From positions 7,228 to 71,227 of the forward strand of contig JBCQTT010000005.1 in the NCBI GenBank assembly GCA_047174765.1: a DNA stretch of 64,000 bases. The letters are read 5' to 3'. The position numbers and the translations under genes were made by a program. The notes beneath the pieces are model-generated. The model was given only the letters and a program-made list of their open reading frames with translations, had not been told where the DNA came from and searched no databases. This DNA comes from Rikenellaceae bacterium. Its GTDB lineage: Bacteria; Bacteroidota; Bacteroidia; Bacteroidales; Rikenellaceae. Each line of letters opens with the position of its first letter. The stretch's first letter is position 1. Of this stretch, positions 9,824 through 20,132 are shown piece by piece.

Positions 9824-10100
9824 TGATGTGTTAATAATCTCGACCACTGCCCTGCGCGGGCGGCGGCGGAGTGCTCTCCGCGGAGCTTTGTTTTCGCTGC
9901 GATTGTTAATAGATTGATTCTCAATCTGCTATATATTGATAAATGTTCGATTAAAGCTCTGCTTTATCGCTCATTTCCCAATATATAGCTACGTAGGCTG
10001 CGCCTACTATTAACAATCGAATGTAAGTGCAATGTGGTCAAAAATAGTTGGCAAAATCGAAAAACACCACTAATCATTAAACATTGATCATTAATCACTA
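9821..10100 (+). repeat. nested-palindrome repeat family 2, copy A
   Basis: Near-identical to 47854-48113 and to the reverse complement of 26282-26750; spans from one TAG stop to the convergent TAG stop. Confidence 0.9.
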
Positions 10101-10667
10101 ACAACTATATACCAAACACTCACCATCTCGGATCTCAAATCGGAGGTGGTGTTTTTGAGTGAGGGCTCGCGCTTGTAGCTTGTCGCCATCGACCGCCAAG
10201 AGTTCGAGGTCACGGATCAAATCGACACCCTCACACCCTGCAATTTTATAGAGGGTCTCCTTAGCACACCATATTATTGGAAGTATCTCGGCACGGGATC
10301 TCTCTTCGAAGAGGGCGATCTCCTCAGCTGTCGTGAAGCGTGAAGCGACACCCTCGAAGTTACGATCGCAACTCTCCACGTCGATCCCACAAGGGCTCTT
10401 AGAGACTATCAGAGCCACCGCCCTAGAGCTATGCGACACCCCAATATACAGATCAGAACCAACCATATATGGAGCACCACTCTCTCGATACAATATTTCG
10501 TAATCGGGGAGTGACATTTCACGTAGTGTAAGGCGCAGCAACGATCGCCACGCAGAGACCTCACGTCGACGCTTCGCGGAGCTCAGATACTCTATATAGA
10601 GTCGGTCAGAGCTACTCAGCAACGACACATCGCAACGACTTATATCACACAGAACGACCCTACTCAT
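10098..10667 (-). CDS. 4'-phosphopantetheinyl transferase superfamily protein
   Basis: GAPY, GVSHS, GIDVE, WCAKETLYK motifs; start chosen at ATG 10667 overlapping the upstream stop. Confidence 0.85.
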   Translation of the reverse strand: MSRVVLCDISRCDVSLLSSSDRLYIEYLSSAKRRREVSAWRSLLRLTLREMSLPDYEILYRESGAPYMVGSDLYIGVSHSSRAVALIVSKSPCGIDVESCDRNFEGVASRFTTAEEIALFEERSRAEILPIIWCAKETLYKIAGCEGVDLIRDLELLAVDGDKLQARALTQKHHLRFEIRDGECLVYSC

Positions 10668-11976
10668 TTGTCGCAATAGCATCGGGGATTATGACTCTCA
10701 CCTTTTCGATACGACGTCCGCTCTGACCTCCCATAGCCTCAACAGTCATCGAGATACCCTGCACAACGATCTTATCACCTAGTTTAGGGAGGCTCTTCTT
10801 CACCTCAAGGATCAACCCTGCCAATGTCTCGGAGTTACCCTGCAAGTCACACAACACCTCGTCGTCAAGCTCCAAGACTCGTTCAAAATCGTTGATATGG
10901 GTCTTACCCTCGAATATATAGGTGTTGCGGTCGAGACGTGTGTAGAACTGCTCGTCGGTGTCGCTCTCGTCGGAGATCTCCCCCACAATCTCCTCAATGA
11001 TATCCTCCAGCGAGACCAAACCCATCGTCGACCCATACTCGTCGACAACTATTGCAATATGTGTCTTCGTCGACTGGAACTCTTCGAGCAGTACATTGAT
11101 CTTTTTGTGGGCAGGGACGAAGTATGGTTTACGAATAAGTTGCTGCCATCCATAATCCACCTCATTGATGTGGGGCAGCAGATCCTTCACAAATAATATA
11201 CCTCGAATATTATCCAGATTGTCGTCATAGACCGGAATACGCGAGTAACCACTCTCAATTATGAGCTCCTTAACCTTCGAATAGCTTTCGGTAAGGGGTA
11301 TCGCCTCGATGTCGACACGCGAGCGCATAACACCCTGAACGTCGGTATTCACGAAGTTCAATATCCCCGACAATATAACCCTCTCCTCCTTTGTTGCATC
11401 CTCCGCCATATCGACTGCATCGGCAAGGTCGTCAAACGAAATCTCGCTATGGTGTGTTGCGTGCGACCCGATCCTCGACCCAGCCTTCATCAACAACATC
11501 GAGAGCGGTCGGCAGATCATCCTAAAGAAGATTAACGGACGTGCCGATATAGCTGCAAAGGCGTGTGGGGCTGTTTGTGCCAACACCTTGGGGGCAATCT
11601 CTCCAAACAACAGCAACACAAAGGTCACAACAACCGTCATCACAAGAAACTCAATAACCGAAGCCCCTCCAAAATCCACTACAGAGTGGATAATATTTGC
11701 CGAGAGAATAGCGATACTGATATTGACTAAGTTGTTGACAACAAGGATCGTCGCCAACAACATATCGACATTCGAGAGTAACGACAGAATCGACTTGTCC
11801 GTTGGATCTTTACTCTCCCTAATCTGCTCCACCTCGCGCGAGCCAAACGAAAAAAACGCCGACTCCGCACCCGACATCAAACCCGAAAGCAACAACAATC
11901 CAACCAACACCAATAACAATATTATGGTCGTATGGTCAAACCCCAAAAACTCTATCTCCTTTAGTTGTTCTATCAC
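10660..11976 (-). CDS. gldE: GldE-like CNNM/CBS/CorC-domain protein
   Basis: SGAESAFFS, NNLVN, FGEIAPK, YSRIPVY, VVDEYG, LEDIIEEIVGEI; start uncertain (GTG 11976 or TTG 12018). Confidence 0.8.
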   Translation of the reverse strand: MIEQLKEIEFLGFDHTTIILLLVLVGLLLLSGLMSGAESAFFSFGSREVEQIRESKDPTDKSILSLLSNVDMLLATILVVNNLVNISIAILSANIIHSVVDFGGASVIEFLVMTVVVTFVLLLFGEIAPKVLAQTAPHAFAAISARPLIFFRMICRPLSMLLMKAGSRIGSHATHHSEISFDDLADAVDMAEDATKEERVILSGILNFVNTDVQGVMRSRVDIEAIPLTESYSKVKELIIESGYSRIPVYDDNLDNIRGILFVKDLLPHINEVDYGWQQLIRKPYFVPAHKKINVLLEEFQSTKTHIAIVVDEYGSTMGLVSLEDIIEEIVGEISDESDTDEQFYTRLDRNTYIFEGKTHINDFERVLELDDEVLCDLQGNSETLAGLILEVKKSLPKLGDKIVVQGISMTVEAMGGQSGRRIEKVRVIIPDAIATNE

Positions 11977-12030
11977 CTTATCTATTAAAATTTGTGTGAG
12001 TTCAAAAACAAAAAACAACTCACCTCTTTT

Positions 12031-12085
12031 GTGTTAATAATCTCTACATCTACCCTGTGCGAGCGGCGGCGGAGAGCTCTCTACT
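12031..12085 (+). repeat. repeat family 2, degenerate left-end fragment (copy E)
   Basis: GTGTTAATAATCTCTAC..CCCTGTGCGAGCGGCGGCGGAGAGCTCTC matches the left end of copies A and D. Confidence 0.75.
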
Positions 12086-12120
12086 TATAATGGAATTCTA
12101 TTTTCGCCCCACTCCCCCCA

Positions 12121-13464
12121 CTAAAATAATCTATTCTCGTCATCAATGGTTATACTCTCGCGCTTTGCTGGAGCTGGATCACTCTCTGCGGTAGTTATAA
12201 GCTTCGCCTTTCGAGCAATATATGCTGGTGTGCGAAGCAGAGTCTCAATATTGGGATATCGAGGTTCGCGCTCGGGTAGGATGACACTCTCTCCACACGC
12301 AATGGGACTTGCCATATCCATTGTTGAGTCCTCGTTGTGGTTGGGTCTGCGTCGTCCACCACCGCCATTCATTCGACTGAAGGGTGACGAGGGATCTTGT
12401 GACGCCGCAAGACGTGACCTATAGTAGGCATCAAAATCTTCGATCTGCTCATCGTCATTATCGAAGCCCGTTGCAACCAATACGATCTCAAGGTTATCCC
12501 CCAACTCCGGCTTTGTGCTAATACCAAAGATGATGTTGGCAGTCTCCATATCTCCATTTTCGTCGATTATCTGTGCGTTATCCTGCACATAGGTCAAGAT
12601 AGTCTTCATCTCGGAGTAACCCAACTTCTTCTCCTCGGAAGTTGCCATACTGAGCAGAATGTTCTTTGCACCAGTGATGTTGTTCTGATCGAGCAGCGGA
12701 GAGGTCAACGACTGCTGTACCGCAATCTTCGCACGATCCGAACCTGCCGCAGACTCTACACTCATATGTGCTCGCCCACTATCCTTCATAACCTTCGACA
12801 CATCGGCAAAATCGACATTAATATAGCTCGACTCAACGGTGATGATCTCGGCAACACCCTTCGCCGCACAGCTCAAAATCTCATTTGCTTTACCGAACGC
12901 CTCCATTGCACTCGGATCATCAATATATAGGTTTTGGATATTTTCGTTGTTGATAATAAGCAGCGAATCCACACAATCCTTCAGATCACTAATACCTCGC
13001 ATAGCCTGCTCACAACGCAACTTACCCTCGACAAGCAGTGGCGACGTAACAATAGCGACAGTCAAGATATCCATCTCCTTCGCCAACTTCGCAATGACTG
13101 GAGCAGCACCTGTTCCTGTTCCACCACCCATTCCTGCCGTGATAAACAGCATCTTCGTATTGAGTGCAATGAGACGATCGCGAACCTCTTCGAGACTCTC
13201 GATTGCAGAACTACGACCCTTCATCGGATCATTGCCTGCCCCGAGACCGGTCTTTCCAAGGCGAATCTTATTCTCGATAGGAGATAGATCGAGAGCCTTT
13301 TGGTCGGTGTTACAAACCAAAAAACTAACGTTGCGAATACCCATATTCCACATATAGTTAACCGCATTTCCTCCTCCACCTCCAATTCCAACAACAGTGA
13401 TAATAGATCTCTCTTGTGTCGGAACAGCAATCTGATCTGTTATATCTTCATTTATTCCTATCAT
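12121..13464 (-). CDS. ftsZ: cell division protein FtsZ
   Basis: GIGGGGGNAV, GMGGGTGTGAAP tubulin signature, INVDFADV. Confidence 0.97.
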   Translation of the reverse strand: MIGINEDITDQIAVPTQERSIITVVGIGGGGGNAVNYMWNMGIRNVSFLVCNTDQKALDLSPIENKIRLGKTGLGAGNDPMKGRSSAIESLEEVRDRLIALNTKMLFITAGMGGGTGTGAAPVIAKLAKEMDILTVAIVTSPLLVEGKLRCEQAMRGISDLKDCVDSLLIINNENIQNLYIDDPSAMEAFGKANEILSCAAKGVAEIITVESSYINVDFADVSKVMKDSGRAHMSVESAAGSDRAKIAVQQSLTSPLLDQNNITGAKNILLSMATSEEKKLGYSEMKTILTYVQDNAQIIDENGDMETANIIFGISTKPELGDNLEIVLVATGFDNDDEQIEDFDAYYRSRLAASQDPSSPFSRMNGGGGRRRPNHNEDSTMDMASPIACGESVILPEREPRYPNIETLLRTPAYIARKAKLITTAESDPAPAKRESITIDDENRLF

Positions 13465-13475
13465 ACCCCCAACGA

Positions 13476-14921
13476 TTAAAATTTCTCCTCTACATCCGAA
13501 CTTAAAAGCTTATTTACCTTCTCCTTAATAAATTTCAACAATCCTCCTGACCTATGACTCTTGCTCTTTGATCGATTGCGACCATCTTCCATCTCCTCTT
13601 TCTCGTCATCATCGTCATCATCGTCGGAGTCCTTATTCTCTTTATCGTCACCCTCCAAATCTAGTTTCGACTGAGTAAATTTACCATCTGGAGTCTTTCC
13701 AAATATACTCTCTTCGATATCTGGTTCAGGATCTTCGTTTACGTTGACCGTACAACTCTTACCTGCACCCGTCGCGTCGACATCTATCGCGCGTTTCAAT
13801 ATACCAATAACCGTAGCATACTCGGGAGCTGAAACCGTCCTAAGTGACTCCAGCGAGAGGTCATTTTCGGGTGTGGCAATCCTTACATCAACACCCAATA
13901 TATGTCGCAAAAGATCATCCACATTGGGGAGATTAGCCCCACCACCTGTCAAGATAAGTCCATATGGAAGCCTCCCATCGTAACCTGCATCGCGGATCTC
14001 TCGCTGAATAAATATCGCTATATCGGTCAATCGCTGCTCGATGGCTACCGCAATGTTGTAGATCGGGATGTTGTGTCGATCCCTCAACGTTCGACCCTCA
14101 ATGGGGACAGATCCCGAATCGGAATACTTCGCAATGGCACATCCATATTTGAGTTTTATATCCTCCACATTCTTCTCGTGCACCATCAACGACTTCAGAT
14201 CTCGATTTATAGCAGAGCCTCCGATCGGAATAGATGCCATATATCGAAGCGCCCCTTTATGGTATATCGAGATGTTGGTGATACCCTCTCCCAAGTCGAC
14301 AACCGCAACTCCAACCTCTCGCTCATCATTCGATATGACAGCCTCCGCAGCCATAACACTATTGGCAAAACATCGCTTCAACCCAAACCCAGCCTGCATA
14401 AATGCCAAACTAAGGCGCTTTATCGCCTCCTTGTCGCAGATCGTGAAGTTATAGGTCGAGCTAAGGGAGCGACAAAACGAACCTACCGGATCTTTTACCT
14501 CACGTCGCCCATCAACCATATAATTTTGTGGTACATACTCCAAGATCATATCACTACTTGGAGCCAACACATCACGCATAAGATTGTGCAACGCAACGAC
14601 ATCTGTATTCGCCACCCCACTATTAGGCTCCTCCACAATAACCGTCTCGGCGTGGTGTCCACATCGAATAAACTCTCCCGATAGACCTCCATACGCCTGA
14701 CACACCTTCACCTCCAATGTTGCCTCGATATCGGCAATAGCACCCGACAGAGCACCATTTACCTGAGCGATATTCTCAATACGCCCCGCCCGCAGACCGC
14801 GTGTCTTTCGTTTGGCGATTGCTGCAATCTCAATCATACCATCCTCTCCACGACGACCTGCTACTACGGTTACATTGCTCTCACCCAAATCTACCGCTAT
14901 ACTATATTTGCTGTGTGTCAT
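13476..14921 (-). CDS. ftsA: cell division protein FtsA
   Basis: VDLG, VVDLGEGIT, LILTGGGA motifs; directly upstream of ftsZ. Confidence 0.93.
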   Translation of the reverse strand: MTHSKYSIAVDLGESNVTVVAGRRGEDGMIEIAAIAKRKTRGLRAGRIENIAQVNGALSGAIADIEATLEVKVCQAYGGLSGEFIRCGHHAETVIVEEPNSGVANTDVVALHNLMRDVLAPSSDMILEYVPQNYMVDGRREVKDPVGSFCRSLSSTYNFTICDKEAIKRLSLAFMQAGFGLKRCFANSVMAAEAVISNDEREVGVAVVDLGEGITNISIYHKGALRYMASIPIGGSAINRDLKSLMVHEKNVEDIKLKYGCAIAKYSDSGSVPIEGRTLRDRHNIPIYNIAVAIEQRLTDIAIFIQREIRDAGYDGRLPYGLILTGGGANLPNVDDLLRHILGVDVRIATPENDLSLESLRTVSAPEYATVIGILKRAIDVDATGAGKSCTVNVNEDPEPDIEESIFGKTPDGKFTQSKLDLEGDDKENKDSDDDDDDDEKEEMEDGRNRSKSKSHRSGGLLKFIKEKVNKLLSSDVEEKF

Positions 14922-14925
14922 ATAT

Positions 14926-16041
14926 CTATCTTTTGCAAATAACTTGATTCTTATACTCTATATTTATCTCCCTATAACGATCCCACCCAACACGGGGTAG
15001 AGCCTCATCATAGAAGTCGCGTAGGCGGGAAAGTTTCTCGTTTATCGAACTTTTCGAACCCTCCTCACACGACATAGAGCCCAAGGTGACTATAAAATTA
15101 CCACTGCGTACTGCCATCCTAAGTCTCATATCATCTCTCTCTCCTCGTTGAAGCTCAATTTGGACAATTTCCGAGCGCCAGAACGGATCACTCTCGACAA
15201 TACCTACAAAGGCAATAAGATTATATATATCTTCACACTTTTTCTCTATTTTTTTTTGCTCCTCTCGATAGTGCTCCTGCCTCTGCTCTAACAGATTAAG
15301 CTCACTATCTATAGCTCTTTGTATCTTAGCATACCTCTCTCTATTGAGTCGATTCTTCTCCCGAAGTCTCTCTACCCTATCATCAAAATCTCTGTCGGGC
15401 TCAAATATTCTTTGATTTATATAGCTCCGACGCAACTTTCGTCGATTCTCGGCATTCTCTCTCTCACGCAGATAGATCGGATACTTCTCCTTCTCGACCC
15501 GTTCAATCAGAAGATCTATCTCCGCAATCAACTCTCGCTTTCTCTCCTCGATATGCCCAATATACCCAGCCTCGAAGAGAGGTTTATAGCTACCCGTAAC
15601 AACGGGTGTGTTAATCGCAGTCGTCGACGGTGCTCCAAAGACAAAACCCACCTTCGTTATGTAACAATTATATCCATCGAGAAGAATCCTAACAACCCCA
15701 ACACGCTGTCGAATATCTATGTTTAGAACCCCCGAATAGTCGACATATGCCACTGCATTCGACACAAATCCATTTCGACTTACAATCTCCTCGATCTGCG
15801 TTAGTGGGACACTATTGACCTTCGTTCCAACCAACTCGATTCGCTCTCGGCTCAATATCTGCTCAATCATAGAGCGTGTTATGAGGTTTCCACTAGCGGT
15901 GCTATCGACAATATTAACAACTACATCACTCACTTCGAGGGTATCACGACGCTCTCTACCCCCCACATAGAGCAGATAGGTGGCAACAATAATCAATCCC
16001 CACAGCAAAACATAGCCCAATATTTTCAACAATCTCTCCAC
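14926..16041 (-). CDS. ftsQ: FtsQ/DivIB-like cell division protein with coiled-coil insertion
   Basis: N-terminal TM, POTRA-like region, C-terminal GW..Y..INIEYKNQVIC typical of Bacteroidota FtsQ; between murC and ftsA. Confidence 0.75.
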   Translation of the reverse strand: MERLLKILGYVLLWGLIIVATYLLYVGGRERRDTLEVSDVVVNIVDSTASGNLITRSMIEQILSRERIELVGTKVNSVPLTQIEEIVSRNGFVSNAVAYVDYSGVLNIDIRQRVGVVRILLDGYNCYITKVGFVFGAPSTTAINTPVVTGSYKPLFEAGYIGHIEERKRELIAEIDLLIERVEKEKYPIYLRERENAENRRKLRRSYINQRIFEPDRDFDDRVERLREKNRLNRERYAKIQRAIDSELNLLEQRQEHYREEQKKIEKKCEDIYNLIAFVGIVESDPFWRSEIVQIELQRGERDDMRLRMAVRSGNFIVTLGSMSCEEGSKSSINEKLSRLRDFYDEALPRVGWDRYREINIEYKNQVICKR

Positions 16042-16045
16042 CTCT

Positions 16046-17431
16046 CTACTCGCCTCTTAGTACTGCCGCAATCTCATCGCAATGCAGGTCTATGTTACCT
16101 GCACCAAACGTAACCACAACATCACACTCCAAAGTTCGTAGATACTCGGCAACCATCTCTCGCTCAACAATCTGCACCTTATCACCACTCACAACACCTC
16201 TAGCAATTATCTCCGACGTAATCCCTTCGATAGGCTCTTCGCGAGCAGGATATATCGGCAACAAAATAACCCTATCGGCAAGGGAGAGTGACTCCGCAAA
16301 CTCGACATAGAGATCCCTCGTGCGAGTGAATAGATGAGGTTGAAATATCGCCGTTACGTGTCTGTTCGGTAGCATCTCTCGAATTGAGGAGAGCGTCGCC
16401 GCAATTTCACGTGGGTGGTGGGCATAGTCATCCATATAGAGCGACTCGGGGGTCGAGTGGTAGATCTCCAATCTACGTTTCAACCCCTTAAAAGATACCA
16501 TCGCATCGCGCATTGCATCGTAATCCAACGCACGACCCTCACGACGTGCCGCACACCACATAGCAGCAACTGCCGCCACACAATTCTCCATATTCACCCA
16601 ACCGGGGATACCCAATTCACACCCCTCGACAACTCCATCGGGGGTTGTAATGTCGAAGCGATACAATCCCCCATCGAGCAACTCCGCACGACTCACATAA
16701 AAGTCACACTCCCTATCGTACGAGTAACGCCACACCTCGATATCTGGGTTACGAAGCTCTATGTCGACACCGCTCTTGAGGATCAGACTTCCACCAGCCT
16801 TGATAAGCTCCACAAATTGAGCAAACGCCTCCAACACAGCTTCGTGCGTGCCATATATATCGAGATGATCGGCATCGGCAGAGGTTACGATAGCCACGTC
16901 GGGCTCCAACCTCAAAAAAGAGCGGTCAAACTCATCCGCCTCAACGACAACTCTATCGCCATCTCCAAGGAGTAGGTTCGACCCATAGTTCTTCGAGATA
17001 GCTCCCAACACAGCACACCCTTGACCCTCGCCTCGATGGTTGAGCCACGATAGGAGTGTCGACGTAGAGCTCTTGCCGTGCGTTCCCGCGACAGCCATCA
17101 CATATCGACCCTGAGTCAAAACCCCCAACATCTGTGAACGTTTCACAACCTCGAACCCTCCACTCTGGAAAAATTGCAACTCCGAGTGGTCGGCAGGAAT
17201 CGCTGGAGTATATATAACAACAGTCTGTGCTGGATCGCGAAACGCCTCTCCAACACATTCTACATTATCCTCATAGTGAACCTCTGCTCCCTCCGCGACC
17301 AACTGCTTGGTGAGCTCACTCTCCGTACGGTCGTAGCCGGCAACTCTGCGCCCAAGGTGGAGAAAGTAGCGCGCCAAAGCACTCATCCCTATTCCACCAA
17401 TTCCAACGAAGTATATATTTTTATTACACAT
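16046..17431 (-). CDS. murC: UDP-N-acetylmuramate--L-alanine ligase
   Basis: GIGGIGMSALA, GTHGKS, EADEFDRSF, DDYAHHP, FQPH. Confidence 0.97.
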   Translation of the reverse strand: MCNKNIYFVGIGGIGMSALARYFLHLGRRVAGYDRTESELTKQLVAEGAEVHYEDNVECVGEAFRDPAQTVVIYTPAIPADHSELQFFQSGGFEVVKRSQMLGVLTQGRYVMAVAGTHGKSSTSTLLSWLNHRGEGQGCAVLGAISKNYGSNLLLGDGDRVVVEADEFDRSFLRLEPDVAIVTSADADHLDIYGTHEAVLEAFAQFVELIKAGGSLILKSGVDIELRNPDIEVWRYSYDRECDFYVSRAELLDGGLYRFDITTPDGVVEGCELGIPGWVNMENCVAAVAAMWCAARREGRALDYDAMRDAMVSFKGLKRRLEIYHSTPESLYMDDYAHHPREIAATLSSIREMLPNRHVTAIFQPHLFTRTRDLYVEFAESLSLADRVILLPIYPAREEPIEGITSEIIARGVVSGDKVQIVEREMVAEYLRTLECDVVVTFGAGNIDLHCDEIAAVLRGE

Positions 17432-18560
17432 TCTTTCTCAAAACTTTATCTATCTCATCCACAACCAACTGCGCAGCATCGGGCGACGCTAGAGAGGCTA
17501 TATTTCGCCTCAACATCTCGATCACCTTGTCATCACGAAGCAACTCCACAGCACGCGCCATACCCTGCTCCACAGCGTCGCAGTCGGCAACCATAAACGC
17601 CGCATCGCGATCAACAAGAGCCAACGCATTCTTCGTTTGGTGATCCTCCGCCACATTTGGCGAGGGGACAAATATCGTCGCCTTCGCCATCAAACACAAC
17701 TCCGAAACTGTACAAGCTCCACTCCTCGAAATAACCAAATCTGCCGCCTCATACGCCAGATCCATTCTCTCAAGGAACGCCCCCTGCCACACGCCATCGA
17801 TCGGTTGCGCCTCGATGAATGAGCGCATCTCCGCCTCATAATATTTTCCGGTCTGCCAGATCACCTGCACCTCTGGTTTCGCACCCTCCAATTTCTCGAC
17901 CCAACGACACATCATATTGTTGAGCGTACGTGTGCCCAGCGACCCCCCAACAACCAAAACAACAGGTCTCACATCATCGAGTTCAAAATATTTTAGAGCC
18001 TCCGATCGAAGTGTTGAATCGCCACTTGGCGCAAACTTACCACGAAGAGGATTTCCGGTCTTAACGATGTTACGCCCCTCAAAAAATTCATCCATACCAT
18101 CATATGCCACACAAATCGTCTCCGCACTACGCCCGATGATTTTGTTTGTCAACCCCGCATATGAGTTTTGCTCCTGAATAATTGTTGGGATATTGCATCT
18201 CGACGCAGCCCACAAAACAGGTGCTGAGGCGTAACCACCAAATCCCACAACTACATCTGCCTTAAATTCACGAATAATACGCATCGCCTTAAAAAGACTC
18301 CCAACAATCTTAAATGGCAACAGCAGATTGAGCAACGTGAAACGTCGCTGCAACCCGGCAATAGGCAATCCAATAATCTTATACCCCAGCGCAGGAATCT
18401 TATCCATCTCCATACGCCCCTCGGCACCAATAAATAAGATCTCAACACCATCAGCTCCATAACGCTCCTTTAGTGCCTCTGCTACGGCTACCGCAGGATA
18501 GATATGTCCTCCAGTACCTCCGCCCGAAAGTATTACTCTCTTCTTAATTTTCATCTTCAT
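17424..18560 (-). CDS. murG: lipid I N-acetylglucosaminyltransferase MurG
   Basis: GGGTGGHIYP, GFGGY, EQN, GNPLR, GGSLG, DHQTKNA. Confidence 0.97.
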   Translation of the reverse strand: MKMKIKKRVILSGGGTGGHIYPAVAVAEALKERYGADGVEILFIGAEGRMEMDKIPALGYKIIGLPIAGLQRRFTLLNLLLPFKIVGSLFKAMRIIREFKADVVVGFGGYASAPVLWAASRCNIPTIIQEQNSYAGLTNKIIGRSAETICVAYDGMDEFFEGRNIVKTGNPLRGKFAPSGDSTLRSEALKYFELDDVRPVVLVVGGSLGTRTLNNMMCRWVEKLEGAKPEVQVIWQTGKYYEAEMRSFIEAQPIDGVWQGAFLERMDLAYEAADLVISRSGACTVSELCLMAKATIFVPSPNVAEDHQTKNALALVDRDAAFMVADCDAVEQGMARAVELLRDDKVIEMLRRNIASLASPDAAQLVVDEIDKVLRKNV

Positions 18561-18566
18561 CTATCT

Positions 18567-20120
18567 TTAACGTCCCCAACTATCGCGATCAAGGCTTCTA
18601 TAGCCTATCGCCTCAGCGATGTGGGTTAGTGTTATATCATCTTTATCATCTAGGTCGGCGATGGTTCTCGCCACCTTGATTATTCTGTCGTAGGCTCTAA
18701 CCGAGAGATGCAACCTCTCCATCGCCATCTCCAACATCTTACGCGCTGCACCATCCAAAGGACAGAGCTCTCGCACCATACGGCTCGTCATCAACCCATT
18801 TGTGCGGACTACTCCCGTCGGATCTGCCACCTCGAAGCGTCGACGTTGGCGCTCTCGTGCTGCGACGACTCTTCTTCGAATCGTAGCGCTACGCTCCTCC
18901 TCCTGCGTTGCGTTGATCTGAGCAATCGAGACGGGTTCAACCTCAATATGCAGATCTATGCGATCCAACAGCGGTCCCGAAATCCGCCCCAAGTAGCGAT
19001 GAACCGACGCTGCCGAACAGCTACACTCCTTCGTTGGGTGGTTATAATATCCACAAGGGCAGGGATTCATCGACGCCACCAACGTAAAGTTCGCTGGGTA
19101 GTTGACGCTATATCTCGCCCTCGAGATCGTAATCTGACGCTCCTCCAACGGCTGTCGCAGAACCTCCAACACGTCGCGCCCAAACTCTGGCAACTCATCG
19201 AGAAACAATATCCCATTATGAGCCAACGAGATCTCTCCCGGCTGAGGAGAGGTGCCACCACCAATGATCGCAACACGAGAGGTTATGTTATGTGGTGCAC
19301 GAAACGGTCGCTCCAACATCAAACCTCGCTTCACCCCCAACTTACCCGCCACGGAGTAGACCTTCGTCGTCTCCAACGCTTCGTCTAAAGTCAGCGGAGG
19401 GAGGATTGTTGGAAGTCGACGCGCCAGCATCGTCTTTCCCGACCCCGGAGAGCCAATCATAATTATGTTATGCCCCCCTGCCGCAGCAATTTCGAAGGCT
19501 CGCTTCACCTGTGACTGTCCCTTTACGTCGGCAAAATCTTCGGCATAGAGCTCATCGCTCCCAAGATCCACCTCATCTCCCACCGAAGCAACCGTCGGCT
19601 CAATCTCCTCCAGACCATTGAACCAGTTGGCAAGTTGACGTAAGTTCTTAACTGCCAACACCTCGACACCCTCCACAACAGCTGCCTCAGCACCACTCTC
19701 CTCGGGGAGGATGATTCGCCGAAACCCCATCTCCTTTGCTGCAAGGGCAAACGACAGAGCCCCTCGAATGGGGCGTATAGAGCCATCCAACGAGAGCTCT
19801 CCAAGTATCATCGTATCTGCAAGTCGAGCGCTCTCGATCTGTCCCGACACTGCCAATATCCCAACGGCAATAGGTAGATCGAATGCTGCACCCTCCTTTC
19901 TCAGATCTGCCGGGGCGAGATTTACCACCACCTTCTTGTAGGGCATCACAAAGTCGAGATTCCCAAATGCAGCGTGGATTCTCTCCTGCGACTCCTTCAC
20001 CGCATTATCGGGCAGACCAACGAGCCAGAGACCAATCCCCGAATCGCCCATATTGACCTCCACCGTAACACATACAGCGTCAATACCCACTACAGCTCCT
20101 GCAAATATCTTTACGAACAT
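18567..20120 (-). CDS. comM: YifB/ComM family Mg-chelatase-like AAA+ ATPase
   Basis: VNLAPADLRK, FDLPIA, GSPGSGKTM, RPFRAPH, LFLDELPEF, NPCPCG. Confidence 0.92.
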   Translation of the reverse strand: MFVKIFAGAVVGIDAVCVTVEVNMGDSGIGLWLVGLPDNAVKESQERIHAAFGNLDFVMPYKKVVVNLAPADLRKEGAAFDLPIAVGILAVSGQIESARLADTMILGELSLDGSIRPIRGALSFALAAKEMGFRRIILPEESGAEAAVVEGVEVLAVKNLRQLANWFNGLEEIEPTVASVGDEVDLGSDELYAEDFADVKGQSQVKRAFEIAAAGGHNIIMIGSPGSGKTMLARRLPTILPPLTLDEALETTKVYSVAGKLGVKRGLMLERPFRAPHNITSRVAIIGGGTSPQPGEISLAHNGILFLDELPEFGRDVLEVLRQPLEERQITISRARYSVNYPANFTLVASMNPCPCGYYNHPTKECSCSAASVHRYLGRISGPLLDRIDLHIEVEPVSIAQINATQEEERSATIRRRVVAARERQRRRFEVADPTGVVRTNGLMTSRMVRELCPLDGAARKMLEMAMERLHLSVRAYDRIIKVARTIADLDDKDDITLTHIAEAIGYRSLDRDSWGR

Positions 20121-20132
20121 AACTCCGAATGA

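Noticed and set aside
9709-9924. Short ORFs 9709-9924, 26583-26849, 47736-47954 and the N-terminal extension of 46502-47884 sharing peptides like PARAAAECSPRS
   Set aside because: They are translations of the repeat in different frames and strands, with no consistent reading frame between copies.
13590-13630. (TCA/TCG)n trinucleotide run
   Set aside because: Encodes the acidic low-complexity tail of FtsA; in frame and not a phase-variation tract.
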